Assembly (NCBI GenBank): GCA_021300195.1
Contig: JAJTIE010000021.1
Span: 2,120-66,119 of the forward strand
Source of the DNA: Bacteroidota bacterium
Lineage (GTDB): Bacteria > Bacteroidota > Bacteroidia > J057 > JAJTIE01
DNA: 64,000 nt
Direction: 5' to 3'
Positions 48,881 to 58,770 of the stretch are shown piece after piece (the first letter of the stretch is position 1; every line of letters starts with the position of its first letter). The notes below the pieces were generated by a model, which saw nothing but the letters and a program-made list of their open reading frames with translations, had not been told where the DNA came from and did not search any database. The translations under genes and the position numbers were made by a program.

Positions 48881-51508
48881 TCAGTTCAGGCTGGGGTCCA
48901 CCTCCGGCTGCTTGTTGGCAAAGGTTACTTCATGCTGCTGGGTAATGTCTACCCAGATGGGTTTGGCACGGTCTATGGTTCCGGCCAGTATCATCTTGCT
49001 CAGCTCATTCACTACCTTCCGCTGTATTACCCGCTTCAGGGGGCGGGCACCAAACTGCGGGTCGTAGCCCAGTTCGCCCAGCCACTCGGCCAGGGCCGGG
49101 CTAAACTGTATGCTCACCTCCTGCTGGGCCAGCATGTGCCGCAGGCCTGCCAGCTGTATCTGCACAATGCCGGTTATCTCCTCGCGGGTGAGCGGGGTAA
49201 AGAGGATGGTCTCGTCTATCCGGTTCAGAAACTCTGGCGGCAGCTGCTGCTTCAGCAGGTCGAACAGCTCCAGCTTGGTTTGCGCCAGCACCACATCCCG
49301 ATTTTCATCCGTCAGGTGGGCCATCTTGTCCATAATTAGGTGGGCACCCAGGTTGCTGGTCATGATGATGATGGTATTCCGAAAGTTGGCCGTGCGGCCC
49401 TTGTTATCCGTCAGGCGGCCATCGTCCAGTACCTGCAGCAGGGTGTTGTACACATCGGGGTGTGCCTTTTCTATTTCGTCCAGCAGCACCACGCTGTAGG
49501 GCCTGCGGCGTATGGCCTCGGTCAGCTGGCCACCCTCATCATACCCCACATAGCCCGGAGGGGCCCCCACCAGGCGGCTAACTGAGTGTTTCTCCTGATA
49601 CTCGCTCATGTCTATCCGCACCAGGGCATTCTCATCGTTGAACAGGTAGTCGGCCAGGGCGCGCGCCAGCTCAGTTTTGCCCACCCCGGTGCTGCCGATG
49701 AAGATGAAGCTGCCGATGGGCTTTCGGGGGTCCTGCAGGCCTGCCCGGCTGCGGCGTATGGCATCGCTAATGGCGGCAATGGCCTCGGCCTGCCCTACCA
49801 CGCGTTTGTGCAGTTCATCCTCCAGCGTCAGCAGCTTTTCTCGCTCGCTCTCCAGCATCTTGCTTACGGGTATGCCGGTCCAGCGGCTCACCACCTCGGC
49901 TATGTGCTCGGCATCCACCTCCTCGCTCAGCATCCGCTGGCCACCGGTCATTTCCTTCAGCTCCTCTTGCAGGGCCAGTATGTTTTTTTCGGCCCGGATG
50001 ATGCGCTCGTAGCGGATCTCGGCTGCCTTGCCAAAGTCGGCATTGCGCTCGGCAATCTCGGCTTCGGTCTTGCTCCGCTCTATGTTCTCCTGCTCGCGGC
50101 GTATCTGCTGTATCAGGTCTTTTTCGGCCTGCCACTGGGCCTTCAGGGCATCGCGCTCCTCGCTCAGGTTGGCTATCTGCTCGCTCAGCAGGGCCAGCTT
50201 TTTCTCGTCCTTCTCCCGGCGGATAGCCTCGCGCTCTATCTCCAGCTGGCGTATGCGGCGTTCCAGCTCGTCCAGGGCCTCGGGCATGCTGTCTATCTGT
50301 ATTTTCAGGCGGGCAGCAGCTTCGTCCATCAGGTCTATCGCCTTATCGGGCAGGTAGCGGTCGGCTATATAGCGCTGGCTCAGCACCACCGAGTTGATGA
50401 TGGCGGCATCGGTAATCTTCACCCCGTGGTGCACCTCATACTTCTCCTTCAGCCCCCGCAGGATGCTGATGGCATCTTCCGTATCCGGCTCTTCTACCAT
50501 CACGGTTTGGAAGCGGCGCTCCAGGGCCTTGTCTTTCTCTATATACTTCTGGTACTCATCCAGGGTGGTGGCTCCTATGGCCCGCAGCTCGCCGCGTGCC
50601 AGGGCCGGCTTCAGGATGTTTGCCGCGTCCATGGCACCATCCGTTTTGCCCGCACCCACCAGGGTGTGTATCTCGTCTATAAAGAGGACGATCTCTCCCT
50701 GTGCCTCCGTTACCTCCTTCACTACGGCCTTCAGGCGTTCTTCAAAGTCGCCCCGGTACTTGGCACCCGCCAGCAGGGTCCCCATGTCCAGGGCGTGCAC
50801 CTGCTTATTCTTGATGTTGTCGGGCACGTCGCCATTCACAATGCGGTGGGCTATGCCCTCGGCTATGGCTGTTTTGCCCACGCCGGGTTCGCCTATCAGC
50901 AGGGGGTTGTTTTTGCTGCGGCGGCTCAGTATCTGCATCACCCGGCGTATTTCTTCATCGCGGCCTATCACCGGGTCCAGCTTGCCCTCTCGGGCCAGTT
51001 CGGTCAGGTTGGTGCTGTACTTTTTCAGCGCATTGTACTTGTCTTCGGCGGTCTGGTCCTTCACCTTGCTCCCCCCGCGCAGCTCCTGTATGGCCTTTAG
51101 CAGCAGTTTTTCGCTGATGCCCTGGTCTTTCAGCAGCTTGCTCGTTTTATCATCGGCCTGCAGGATGCCCAGCAGCATGTGGTCTATGCTCACAAATTCG
51201 TCGCCCATCTTCCCGGCCTGCTTGTTGGCCAGGTCCAGGGCCTTGTAGCTGCTGTTGCTCAGGTACTGGCCCCCGCTGGCACCCTCTACACGGGGGTAGC
51301 TGTTCAGCAGCTCGTCCAGCTGGCTATTCAGCTGGGCCGGGTTTACCTCCAGCTTTTTCAGCAGGAAAGGAATCACGTTTTCGTCTCCCTGTAGCAGCGT
51401 GTGCAGCAGGTGGCCCGTTTCTATGGCCTGCTGCCCATGCGCCTGCGCCACAGCCGAAGCGCTCTGTACAGCTTCCTGTGCCTTCAGGGTGTAGTTGTTA
51501 AAGTTCAT
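48881..51508 (-). CDS. clpB: ATP-dependent chaperone ClpB
   Basis: 875 aa. Two Walker A motifs ([16 protein letters not shown]), a long middle coiled-coil and the Clp N-domain. Confidence 0.97.
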   Translation of the reverse strand: MNFNNYTLKAQEAVQSASAVAQAHGQQAIETGHLLHTLLQGDENVIPFLLKKLEVNPAQLNSQLDELLNSYPRVEGASGGQYLSNSSYKALDLANKQAGKMGDEFVSIDHMLLGILQADDKTSKLLKDQGISEKLLLKAIQELRGGSKVKDQTAEDKYNALKKYSTNLTELAREGKLDPVIGRDEEIRRVMQILSRRSKNNPLLIGEPGVGKTAIAEGIAHRIVNGDVPDNIKNKQVHALDMGTLLAGAKYRGDFEERLKAVVKEVTEAQGEIVLFIDEIHTLVGAGKTDGAMDAANILKPALARGELRAIGATTLDEYQKYIEKDKALERRFQTVMVEEPDTEDAISILRGLKEKYEVHHGVKITDAAIINSVVLSQRYIADRYLPDKAIDLMDEAAARLKIQIDSMPEALDELERRIRQLEIEREAIRREKDEKKLALLSEQIANLSEERDALKAQWQAEKDLIQQIRREQENIERSKTEAEIAERNADFGKAAEIRYERIIRAEKNILALQEELKEMTGGQRMLSEEVDAEHIAEVVSRWTGIPVSKMLESEREKLLTLEDELHKRVVGQAEAIAAISDAIRRSRAGLQDPRKPIGSFIFIGSTGVGKTELARALADYLFNDENALVRIDMSEYQEKHSVSRLVGAPPGYVGYDEGGQLTEAIRRRPYSVVLLDEIEKAHPDVYNTLLQVLDDGRLTDNKGRTANFRNTIIIMTSNLGAHLIMDKMAHLTDENRDVVLAQTKLELFDLLKQQLPPEFLNRIDETILFTPLTREEITGIVQIQLAGLRHMLAQQEVSIQFSPALAEWLGELGYDPQFGARPLKRVIQRKVVNELSKMILAGTIDRAKPIWVDITQQHEVTFANKQPEVDPSLN

Positions 51509-51742
51509 GGTGTTGACTTTTGGTGTTTAGCCGGTTTCTATGCCTGCTTCACGATCAAGCTGCATGCCAGAAACCTGGATGCGCAATAATGGCAGACCAC
51601 TGGCAGTGCCGAGCATGGGCGGCCTGGGCCCACATGTCTTATATTCGGCTTGCCAAGCGCGATGCGGTACGGGGTTTTGTGCTGCAATTTTTTATTGGCA
51701 GGCAGGCAACCCTGGCTAGCACGCCAGGCATTATACAGGCAA

Positions 51743-52292
51743 ATGTCAGCGTCGGGATCCACCTCATTCGAAGAACTGCTGCTAGGCTTGCGCCAACAGG
51801 AGCCTGGGGCGCAGCGCATCTTCTTCCGGCAATATGGCTCGCGCATGCTGGCCCTGAGCATGCGCTACCTGGCCGATCGATTTTGGGCTGAAGAAGCTGT
51901 AAGCCGAAGCTTTGAGAAAGCCTACCGTGCCCTGCCCACGCTGGACTACCGCGGCCAGCAGGCCACCCTGGCCTGGCTGAAGAAGATTGTGGTAAACGAA
52001 TCGCTCATGCAGCTGCGTGCCCAAAAGAAATGGCAAGCCGAAGTAGTGGAGCCTGAGAGGCTAGCGGACGAACATGTAACCGCTGGTTACGAAGGCGATG
52101 CCGAATACCTGCATAGGCTGGTGCAGGCACTGCCCACCGGCTATAGGCTGGTGTTTAAACCTGTACGCCATAGAGGGCTACAGCCATGCCGAAATAGCGG
52201 AACTGCTAGACTGCAGTGTAAGCACCTCTAAAACACAGCTGCTGAAAGCGCGAAAACTATTGCAAAAAAAACTGGAAAGGAGCCTGCTATGA
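51743..52292 (+). pseudogene. ECF-type RNA polymerase sigma-70 factor split by a 1-nt insertion (or sequencing error)
   Basis: Region 2 lies in frame A (51743-52159) and region 4 in frame B (NLYAIEGYSHAEIAELLDCSVSTSKTQLLKARKKL). They join at ttt-aaa-c, 52154-60. Confidence 0.7.
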
Positions 52293-52960
52293 AAGAAAAC
52301 CCACTAGATGCCTGGTTTAGGGCCAAGCTGGAGGACTACGACCCGGCCTGGGATACCGATGCCCTGTGGCAGCGCATGGAACAGGCCCGCAGGCGGAAAA
52401 GGCGGCACCAGTGGACGGTGCGCCTTAGCCTGGCGGCGGCGGCCTGCCTGCTGCCGGCCCTGCTGTTCCTGTTTCAGTGGCTCGGGGAAGCGGTACAGCC
52501 GGGCCTGGCCAGCCAGGAGGCACCCACTGTGCTGGCTATACGCCCGCTGCAGCCGCATGCCCCACCCCCCCTAGCCGCCGCCGACAGCCCGCCCAGGCCA
52601 GCGCGGGCCGCCGAAAACCGGCTGAGTGCACCGCCCACGACCCTCGCCACCCCGGCTACCCATGTGGTGGATAGCCGACCCACCGAGCCGGAACAGCCTG
52701 TGGCACAGGGCCAACCAGACAGCTCCGCATCTGGCACAGCGGCAGCCCAAGCTGGGCCACTGGCTACGGTGCCCCCCCCAGCCAAAACCGCCGAAAACAA
52801 ACCCACGGCGGTGCTGAAAGTGCGGGTAAAGCTAGACCCGCAGCGCTACGAGCAGGTGGCCACCTCGGAAACGGCGACCCGCCTGGGCTTCAGCAGCAAG
52901 CTGATGCACAGCCTGCTCAGCAACCTGGACTCCAAACAAGAAACCCAAAACCCCAAATAA
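52289..52960 (+). CDS. single-pass membrane protein, putative anti-sigma partner
   Basis: ATGA overlap with the sigma stop. Short cytoplasmic N-terminus, one TM (LSLAAAACLLPALLFLF), then a Pro/Ala-rich extracytoplasmic region. No zf-HC2 motif. Confidence 0.5.
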   Translation: MKENPLDAWFRAKLEDYDPAWDTDALWQRMEQARRRKRRHQWTVRLSLAAAACLLPALLFLFQWLGEAVQPGLASQEAPTVLAIRPLQPHAPPPLAAADSPPRPARAAENRLSAPPTTLATPATHVVDSRPTEPEQPVAQGQPDSSASGTAAAQAGPLATVPPPAKTAENKPTAVLKVRVKLDPQRYEQVATSETATRLGFSSKLMHSLLSNLDSKQETQNPK

Positions 52961-52970
52961 AAACCTTGTC

Positions 52971-53954
52971 ATGAAAAATTTTCTGTTTTTACTATTACTG
53001 GTACTTGCCTGGGCACCCGTAGCCAAGGGGCACATGCGCGACACGGTGTGGATAGACCTGCCGAATGGGGCCCGTGTATTCGTAGTAACCGACAACCTGG
53101 CCCAGTACGAGGGCCTGGACAAGTACAACCTGGATAGCCTGCTGAAGCAGCTGGCCGAAACCGCACAGAAGGAGGGAGGACCTGGAAATACCGAGTGGGC
53201 GCATACCTACCCGCTGGGTGCGTCTAACGAGATCCTGCAGGATACCGGCTTCACAGAGATTTCGCGGCTTCCGAAGCCCTCTTTTTTCCGCAGGCTGATA
53301 CCCGCCGATCCGGATAAGTGGCTGTGGCGCTTCAACCTGCACCACAACGCCTTTGTGGGCCCAGGTTCGGGCGATCTACCGTCCAAGCCTACCTCTATAC
53401 ACGGTAGCCTGTACGTACAGCGCCGTTTTGGCCTGGGCCGAAGCGGCAAGACCTACCTGGCACCCGGCCTGGGACTGAATGTGCGCGAAATACGCATAGC
53501 CAACCCGAGCCTGGAAACCTTCTCGGACTACATAACTGATGGCACACAAGAAGCGAAACCCGGAGGGCCCTCTTTACTGGTAGACGAGCTGAAAGCGGCC
53601 AAGTTTAAGTCTACCTACCTGCGCATACCCCTGGAGCTGGGCAGGCAGCAGGGAAACTGGCGATTCTCGCTAACGGCGTTCGCAGAAATACTGGTCTGGT
53701 CGAAACTGAAGTTTCGATATAGGGATGAATTCAGCAGCAGAACGCAGACCTATACCGTAGACTTGACTAATCGTGATATTGATACCAATCGTCCATTCAC
53801 CATGGAACCCCTACTGCTAGGAACAGAGCTACGGGTAGAATATAAATGGCTGGGGTTGTTTGTAAACTACAGCGATCCTGTCTTCCGGACATTTACCTCT
53901 ACGTCCGGGTCGCAGGTTCATTACATCCAGTCGGGTGTAAGCTTCCGGCTGTAG
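52971..53954 (+). CDS. hypothetical outer-membrane protein
   Basis: Signal peptide MKNFLFLLLLVLAWAPVAKG. The C-terminal half has alternating beta-strand pattern and ends ...QSGVSFRL. Confidence 0.5.
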   Translation: MKNFLFLLLLVLAWAPVAKGHMRDTVWIDLPNGARVFVVTDNLAQYEGLDKYNLDSLLKQLAETAQKEGGPGNTEWAHTYPLGASNEILQDTGFTEISRLPKPSFFRRLIPADPDKWLWRFNLHHNAFVGPGSGDLPSKPTSIHGSLYVQRRFGLGRSGKTYLAPGLGLNVREIRIANPSLETFSDYITDGTQEAKPGGPSLLVDELKAAKFKSTYLRIPLELGRQQGNWRFSLTAFAEILVWSKLKFRYRDEFSSRTQTYTVDLTNRDIDTNRPFTMEPLLLGTELRVEYKWLGLFVNYSDPVFRTFTSTSGSQVHYIQSGVSFRL

Positions 53955-54018
53955 GTTCCCAGGCTGCGATACAGCTAACAAGCAAACCAACAGAACATTC
54001 CCGAGATAGTAGTAATCG

Positions 54019-54058
54019 GAACGCCATTATGACATTCACGGATGCCATAATGGCGTTC
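54019..54058. repeat. 13-bp perfect inverted repeat (hairpin)
   Basis: gaacgccattatg (54019-54031) pairs with cataatggcgttc (54046-54058), with a 14-nt loop and no T-run after it. Confidence 0.6.
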
Positions 54059-54191
54059 TAATTGCGGGCTACTGGCCAGAGCCGCGCCCCACTGGCCACG
54101 CAGGCCTCCTGCCCGGGGCGCACAAAGGCTAGCCAGTCCGTCCCCCTTCCAATTTTTTGATCGCAGGGACTGCTACTTTGGCGCTAGCTGC

Positions 54192-54199
54192 TATCTTTG
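54192..54199 (+). promoter_or_regulatory. candidate -7 box TATCTTTG upstream of hppA
   Basis: Perfect TAnnTTTG 31 nt before the ATG at 54230. Confidence 0.3.
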
Positions 54200-54229
54200 C
54201 CGTTCCAAGAAAAAAACCATTCTCACTAC

Positions 54230-56461
54230 ATGGAAACCTACCTATATGCCGTGCCGGCAGCCGGAATACTGGCGCTTATCGTTACCTACTTCCGCGCGCA
54301 GTGGATAAACAAGCAAGAAACTGGCGATGAAAAGATGCGCGAGATTGCCCGCCGCATTCAGCTGGGGGCTATGTCGTTCCTGCGGGCCGAATACACCGTG
54401 CTGCTGGGCTTTGTGGCCGTAGTGGCCGTAGTGCTAGCGTTTACGGCCGATAGCAAGATCAGCCACTGGTTTGTAGGCATCGCCTTTGTCATCGGGGCCT
54501 TTTGCAGTGCCCTGGCTGGCTATATAGGCATGCGCGTGGCTACCAATAGCAATGTGCGCACCACCCAGGCCGCACGTACCAGCCTGCGCCGGGCCATGGA
54601 TGTGAGCTTTGCCGGTGGGGCTGTGATGGGCATAGGCGTGGTATCGCTGGCGGTTATCGGGTTGGGTGTTCTGTTTATCATCACCCTGGCCCTGTACAAC
54701 CCCGAGCTGGTGCATGGAGACAACCTGCACAAGGTACTGAACGTAATCACGGGCTTCTCGCTGGGGGCCGAAACCATTGCCCTGTTTGCCCGCGTAGGCG
54801 GCGGCATTTTCACCAAGGCAGCCGACGTAGGGGCCGACCTGGTGGGCAAGGTAGAAGCTGGTATACCCGAGGATGACCCCCGCAACCCGGCCGTGATAGC
54901 CGACAACGTGGGAGACAACGTGGGAGACGTAGCCGGCATGGGGGCCGACCTCTTCGGCTCGTATGTGAGCACCATTATTGCCACCATGGTACTGGGCGTG
55001 AGCCACAGCATGAGCGGCGGCCCACTGGGCGGCCTGGGTACCGTAGTGCTACCCCTGCTGATAGCCGGCATGGGCGTGCTGCTGAGTATGGTAGCCACCT
55101 TCTTTGTAAAGGTGCGCGAAAACGGAAACCCACAGACAGCCCTGAACATAGGCAACCTGGTGGCCCTGGTGCTCACGGCCGTGGGCTCCTACTTCCTGAT
55201 AAACGGCCTGCTACCCGCTACGATTATCGACAACGCGGCCAAAGGGGCCATGATGCAGTCCATCCAGATCTATTACGCAGTCCTGATCGGCCTGGGCGTG
55301 GGTATCAGCATCAGCCTGATTACCGAATACTATACCGCCATGAACCGCGGCCCGGTGCGAAAGATTGTGCAACAGAGCGGCACAGGCCCGGCCACCAACG
55401 TAATAGCCGGCCTGAGTGTGGGGATGATGAGCACCATGATCCCCGTTATCATCCTGGCGGTGGGCATAGTGGCCAGCTTTAGCGTAGCCGGCCTGTACGG
55501 CGTAGCCATAGCTGCCAGCGGTATGATGGCTACCACAGGCATGCAGCTGGCAATAGATGCCTTTGGCCCGATAGCCGACAATGCAGGGGGGATAGCCGAG
55601 ATGACCGGGCAGCCCAAGGAAGTGCGCGAGCGCACCGACGTGCTGGATGCCGTGGGCAATACCACCGCCGCCGTGGGCAAGGGCTTTGCCATTGCCTCTG
55701 CAGCCCTTACCTCTCTGGCCCTGTTTGCAGCCTATATGGAGATGACCGGCCTGACGGTGATCGACATCAGCAATGCCCGCGTGCTGGGTGGCCTGTTTAT
55801 CGGCGGTATGATCCCCTTCGTATTCAGTAGCCTGGCCATCAGCGCGGTGGGTAGCGCGGCAAATGCCATGGTAGAGGAAGTACGCCGCCAGTTTCGCGAG
55901 ATAAAAGGCCTGCTGGAGGGCAAGGAAGGCGCCGTGGCCGACTATGACCGCTGCATCAAGATATCAACCAATGCGGCCATCCGGCAGATGATCCTGCCGG
56001 GGCTATTGGCCCTGCTGGTGCCGGTTATCATCGGCTTCGGCTTCGGAGCCGCCGAGCTGGGGGGTGCCCTGGCTGGCGTAACCGTATCGGGTGTATTGAT
56101 GGCCCTATTCCAGAGCAACGCCGGGGGCAGCTGGGATAACGCGAAGAAGTCCTTTGAAAAAGGCGTGAAGATCAACAACAAAACCTACCAGAAAGGCAGC
56201 GAGCCCCACAAGGCCGCCGTGGTGGGCGACACCGTGGGCGATCCATTCAAGGACACCAGTGGCCCGTCTATGAACATCCTGATCAAGCTAATGAGCATTG
56301 TGGCCCTGGTGATAGCGCCTGCCCTCAGCACCCGCGAGGCACCCAAAACCGCCCAGCCCCAGGTAGAACCTAACCAAACCCACACAAAAGCCTACCAGGC
56401 ACCCAAGGCAGCCCGGCCAGCCGCTGAAGAAGTGGCCACCCTGGATATGCTGAAAAAATAA
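54230..56461 (+). CDS. hppA: membrane-bound proton/sodium-translocating pyrophosphatase
   Basis: Start at the ATG at 54230. Contains [38 protein letters not shown] and [19 protein letters not shown]. Confidence 0.95.
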   Translation: METYLYAVPAAGILALIVTYFRAQWINKQETGDEKMREIARRIQLGAMSFLRAEYTVLLGFVAVVAVVLAFTADSKISHWFVGIAFVIGAFCSALAGYIGMRVATNSNVRTTQAARTSLRRAMDVSFAGGAVMGIGVVSLAVIGLGVLFIITLALYNPELVHGDNLHKVLNVITGFSLGAETIALFARVGGGIFTKAADVGADLVGKVEAGIPEDDPRNPAVIADNVGDNVGDVAGMGADLFGSYVSTIIATMVLGVSHSMSGGPLGGLGTVVLPLLIAGMGVLLSMVATFFVKVRENGNPQTALNIGNLVALVLTAVGSYFLINGLLPATIIDNAAKGAMMQSIQIYYAVLIGLGVGISISLITEYYTAMNRGPVRKIVQQSGTGPATNVIAGLSVGMMSTMIPVIILAVGIVASFSVAGLYGVAIAASGMMATTGMQLAIDAFGPIADNAGGIAEMTGQPKEVRERTDVLDAVGNTTAAVGKGFAIASAALTSLALFAAYMEMTGLTVIDISNARVLGGLFIGGMIPFVFSSLAISAVGSAANAMVEEVRRQFREIKGLLEGKEGAVADYDRCIKISTNAAIRQMILPGLLALLVPVIIGFGFGAAELGGALAGVTVSGVLMALFQSNAGGSWDNAKKSFEKGVKINNKTYQKGSEPHKAAVVGDTVGDPFKDTSGPSMNILIKLMSIVALVIAPALSTREAPKTAQPQVEPNQTHTKAYQAPKAARPAAEEVATLDMLKK

Positions 56462-56486
56462 CCACCCACTACAAGGTTACAATACA

Positions 56487-56518
56487 ATAAGCCCGGCCCA
56501 TGTGCCGGGCTTATTTTT
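56487..56518 (+). terminator. rho-independent terminator of hppA
   Basis: 11-bp perfect stem ataagcccggc/gccgggcttat, 6-nt loop, then TTTT. Confidence 0.7.
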
Positions 56519-56623
56519 AAACACACCACGACGTCGACTACCGGCAAAGCGAACAAAGTGTAGCCCCAAACGTAAACCCGAAGCCGAGTCTTGCTATTAT
56601 TGCTACCCAAACCCTCGCGCTCC

Positions 56624-57436
56624 ATGCACGGTCTTTCTCTGTCTCACATCCTGCTGTCGGCCATCCTCATCCTGGCCCTCACCCCGTGCCTGGCCCAGCA
56701 GGGCCTCCACATGGGCCTACGCATCCTGCCACAGGCTACCAGCCTCCGGAATACGGATGATGCCGACGCACAGCCTGCGGTATATGATGCCCAGCCCAGC
56801 TATGGTTTCGGTATCGGGCTTTCCAGCCTGTATATGGTGAACAACTACCTGGGCTTTGGCAGCAACCTGCTGTACAGCAGCCGGGGGCAAGCCTATAGCT
56901 ACCAATACACCACCAGCAGCGGTGCAAGCCGAAAAGTGAACAATGAACTACGCATCCGGCAGCTACAGATGCCGCTACTGGCCCGCCTGGGCACAAACAG
57001 TAGCCGCAGGGTGGCGGGTTTCCTAGAGCTGGGGCCTCAATTTGGCTTTATTGTTTCGGCAAAAGAAGACAGCGACGACACACGCTTCCGTGCCACCGGC
57101 CCGCCTTTTGTAACCTACACGCAGTACCCAGACCGGATAGAAACACTCAGCCGCTTCCAGCTGGCAGGCGTGCTGGGTGCGGGTGCCGAGTTTAAGCTAC
57201 GGTACAATGTAAAGCTGAATACCAGCCTGCGGATAGAGTACGGATTCTCGGACGTAGAGGATAAAGGGGCCCGCTACACACAGGTAGACTTTGGCGTGGC
57301 ACAGAACCTTCTCTACTACGAAACGCCCCGCCGCGATGGCCCCCAGTACAAGCCCGGACGACCCGCCACCACGGCCCTGGTTACCTCGCTCGTTATTGGG
57401 ATAGACTATGTCTTTATCCCCAAGTTCCGCCCCTAA
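56624..57436 (+). CDS. outer-membrane beta-barrel (porin-family) protein
   Basis: Start at the ATG at 56624 with signal peptide ...LALTPCLAQQ. Alternating hydrophobic beta-strand pattern throughout. Confidence 0.6.
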   Translation: MHGLSLSHILLSAILILALTPCLAQQGLHMGLRILPQATSLRNTDDADAQPAVYDAQPSYGFGIGLSSLYMVNNYLGFGSNLLYSSRGQAYSYQYTTSSGASRKVNNELRIRQLQMPLLARLGTNSSRRVAGFLELGPQFGFIVSAKEDSDDTRFRATGPPFVTYTQYPDRIETLSRFQLAGVLGAGAEFKLRYNVKLNTSLRIEYGFSDVEDKGARYTQVDFGVAQNLLYYETPRRDGPQYKPGRPATTALVTSLVIGIDYVFIPKFRP

Positions 57437-57561
57437 AACCCCCGGGAGAGCCTAGCTGGCTGTTTAGGGGGAGCCAGATACCCGGGCACAGTCCGTGCGG
57501 GTAGCCACCGATATGAATAGAACTGCATATCGTTGAAGCAAAATGCGTATATTATCGCCCC

Positions 57562-58605
57562 TTGAGAAAAATCCTGATTATCTACACGGGCGGTACCATT
57601 GGCATGATCCAGGATGGCCACCAGCCCTACCTGAGGCCTGCAGACTTCAGGTACATTATGCACCTCTTGCCCGAGATAGACAAGCTGGGCATAGAGCCGT
57701 TCTATCATGCGTTTGAACGCCCTATCGACTCCAGCAACATGGAGCCGGGGGTGTGGATGGAGCTGGCGCGGCTGATCCGGGATTCGTACGACCATTTTCA
57801 CGGCTTTGTCATCCTGCATGGCACCGATACCATGGCCTATACCGCCAGCGCCCTGTCATTTATGCTGGAAAACCTGGGCAAACCGGTTATCCTCACAGGC
57901 TCGCAGCTACCCATTGATGTGATCCGGACCGATGCACGCGAAAACTTCATCACCGCCCTGGAGATTGCCAGCCAAGAGCAGCACCGCCTGCCCGAGGTGT
58001 GCATCTTTTTTGACAGCAAGGTGTACCGGGGCAACCGGGCTATTAAGCACTCGGCCGAGAAGTTCAGTGCCTTTGTATCGCCCAACTACCCCCCTCTGGT
58101 AGAGAGTGGCGTAAAGCTCCAGTACTTTACCGACTACTGGCTGAGGCCCGACCCCGGCCAGCCCTGCCAGGTGCATGATTCCCTGGATGCCAATGTGGGC
58201 GTCTTCAAATTCTACCCGGGCATCCAGAAATCGGTGATGGAAGCCCTGCTGTATGCCGATGGGCTGAAGGGCCTCATTGTAGAGTCGTACGGCACGGGCA
58301 ACCTGCCCACCTTCCCCTGGTTTATAGACCTGATGCGCAAGCGCATACAAGAGGGGATGCTGGTGCTGAACATTACCCAGTGCCAGGCAGGCAAGGTGCA
58401 GCAAGACCTGTACGAAAGCAGCAAGCAGCTGCTCAACATCGGGGTCATCAGCGGGCGAGACATGACCACTGCCAGCGGGCTGACCAAGATGATGTACCTG
58501 CTGGGCCGCTACCCCGATCAGCCCCATGAGGTAGCCCGACTGCTGGGCGAAGACCTGCGAGGCGAGATGACCACCTACGCCATCCACTACCTGGCCTCAA
58601 ACTAG
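57562..58605 (+). CDS. ansA: L-asparaginase, type I
   Basis: TTG start. ILIIYTGGTIGM and ILHGTDTMAYTA are the asparaginase signatures. Confidence 0.9.
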   Translation: MRKILIIYTGGTIGMIQDGHQPYLRPADFRYIMHLLPEIDKLGIEPFYHAFERPIDSSNMEPGVWMELARLIRDSYDHFHGFVILHGTDTMAYTASALSFMLENLGKPVILTGSQLPIDVIRTDARENFITALEIASQEQHRLPEVCIFFDSKVYRGNRAIKHSAEKFSAFVSPNYPPLVESGVKLQYFTDYWLRPDPGQPCQVHDSLDANVGVFKFYPGIQKSVMEALLYADGLKGLIVESYGTGNLPTFPWFIDLMRKRIQEGMLVLNITQCQAGKVQQDLYESSKQLLNIGVISGRDMTTASGLTKMMYLLGRYPDQPHEVARLLGEDLRGEMTTYAIHYLASN

Positions 58606-58715
58606 GAGAAGAAGGCGAAGCCCCCGGGGCACAATCAAGCATAATCAACACCAGGCCTCTCTCGCCACCAGGTAGGGGGTGGAAGCTTCGTACACGCTGG
58701 TTTGCGATTGTAGCC

Positions 58716-58723
58716 TAAGTTTG
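58716..58723 (+). promoter_or_regulatory. candidate -7 box TAAGTTTG upstream of ftsK
   Basis: Perfect TAnnTTTG 48 nt before the GTG at 58771. Confidence 0.25.
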
Positions 58724-58770
58724 TGGGAGCCATGTCCCGATGACTCGCTATACGACTAACGCGCCAGCAA

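Noticed and set aside
49586-51100. Several very long ORFs lie antisense to bona fide genes. Examples are the 504-aa ORF opposite clpB, 3948-5033 opposite trhO, 21836-23131 opposite the DUF1573 gene, 23731-24699 opposite the TPR gene, and 35976-36779 opposite the carboxyltransferase.
   Set aside because: Every one overlaps a gene with strong motif-level identity on the other strand. Their translations are low-complexity (A/G/P/R/L/V-rich) with no recognisable motifs. High GC and codon bias suppress stops on the antisense strand, so these are shadow ORFs.
52154-52160. The TTTAAAC at the sigma-factor break resembles the classic U_UUA_AAC -1 slippery heptamer.
   Set aside because: The incoming frame reads TTT-AAA-C, not T-TTA-AAC. 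The shift needed to reach region 4 is +1, not -1, so the heptamer is in the wrong register and direction. A single inserted A is the simpler explanation.
57543-57564. An ATG at 57543 lies upstream of ansA in another frame, suggesting a further frameshift.
   Set aside because: The TTG at 57562 gives the canonical N-terminus (M)RKILIIYTGGTIGM directly. The ATG frame yields unrelated sequence, so no frameshift is required.
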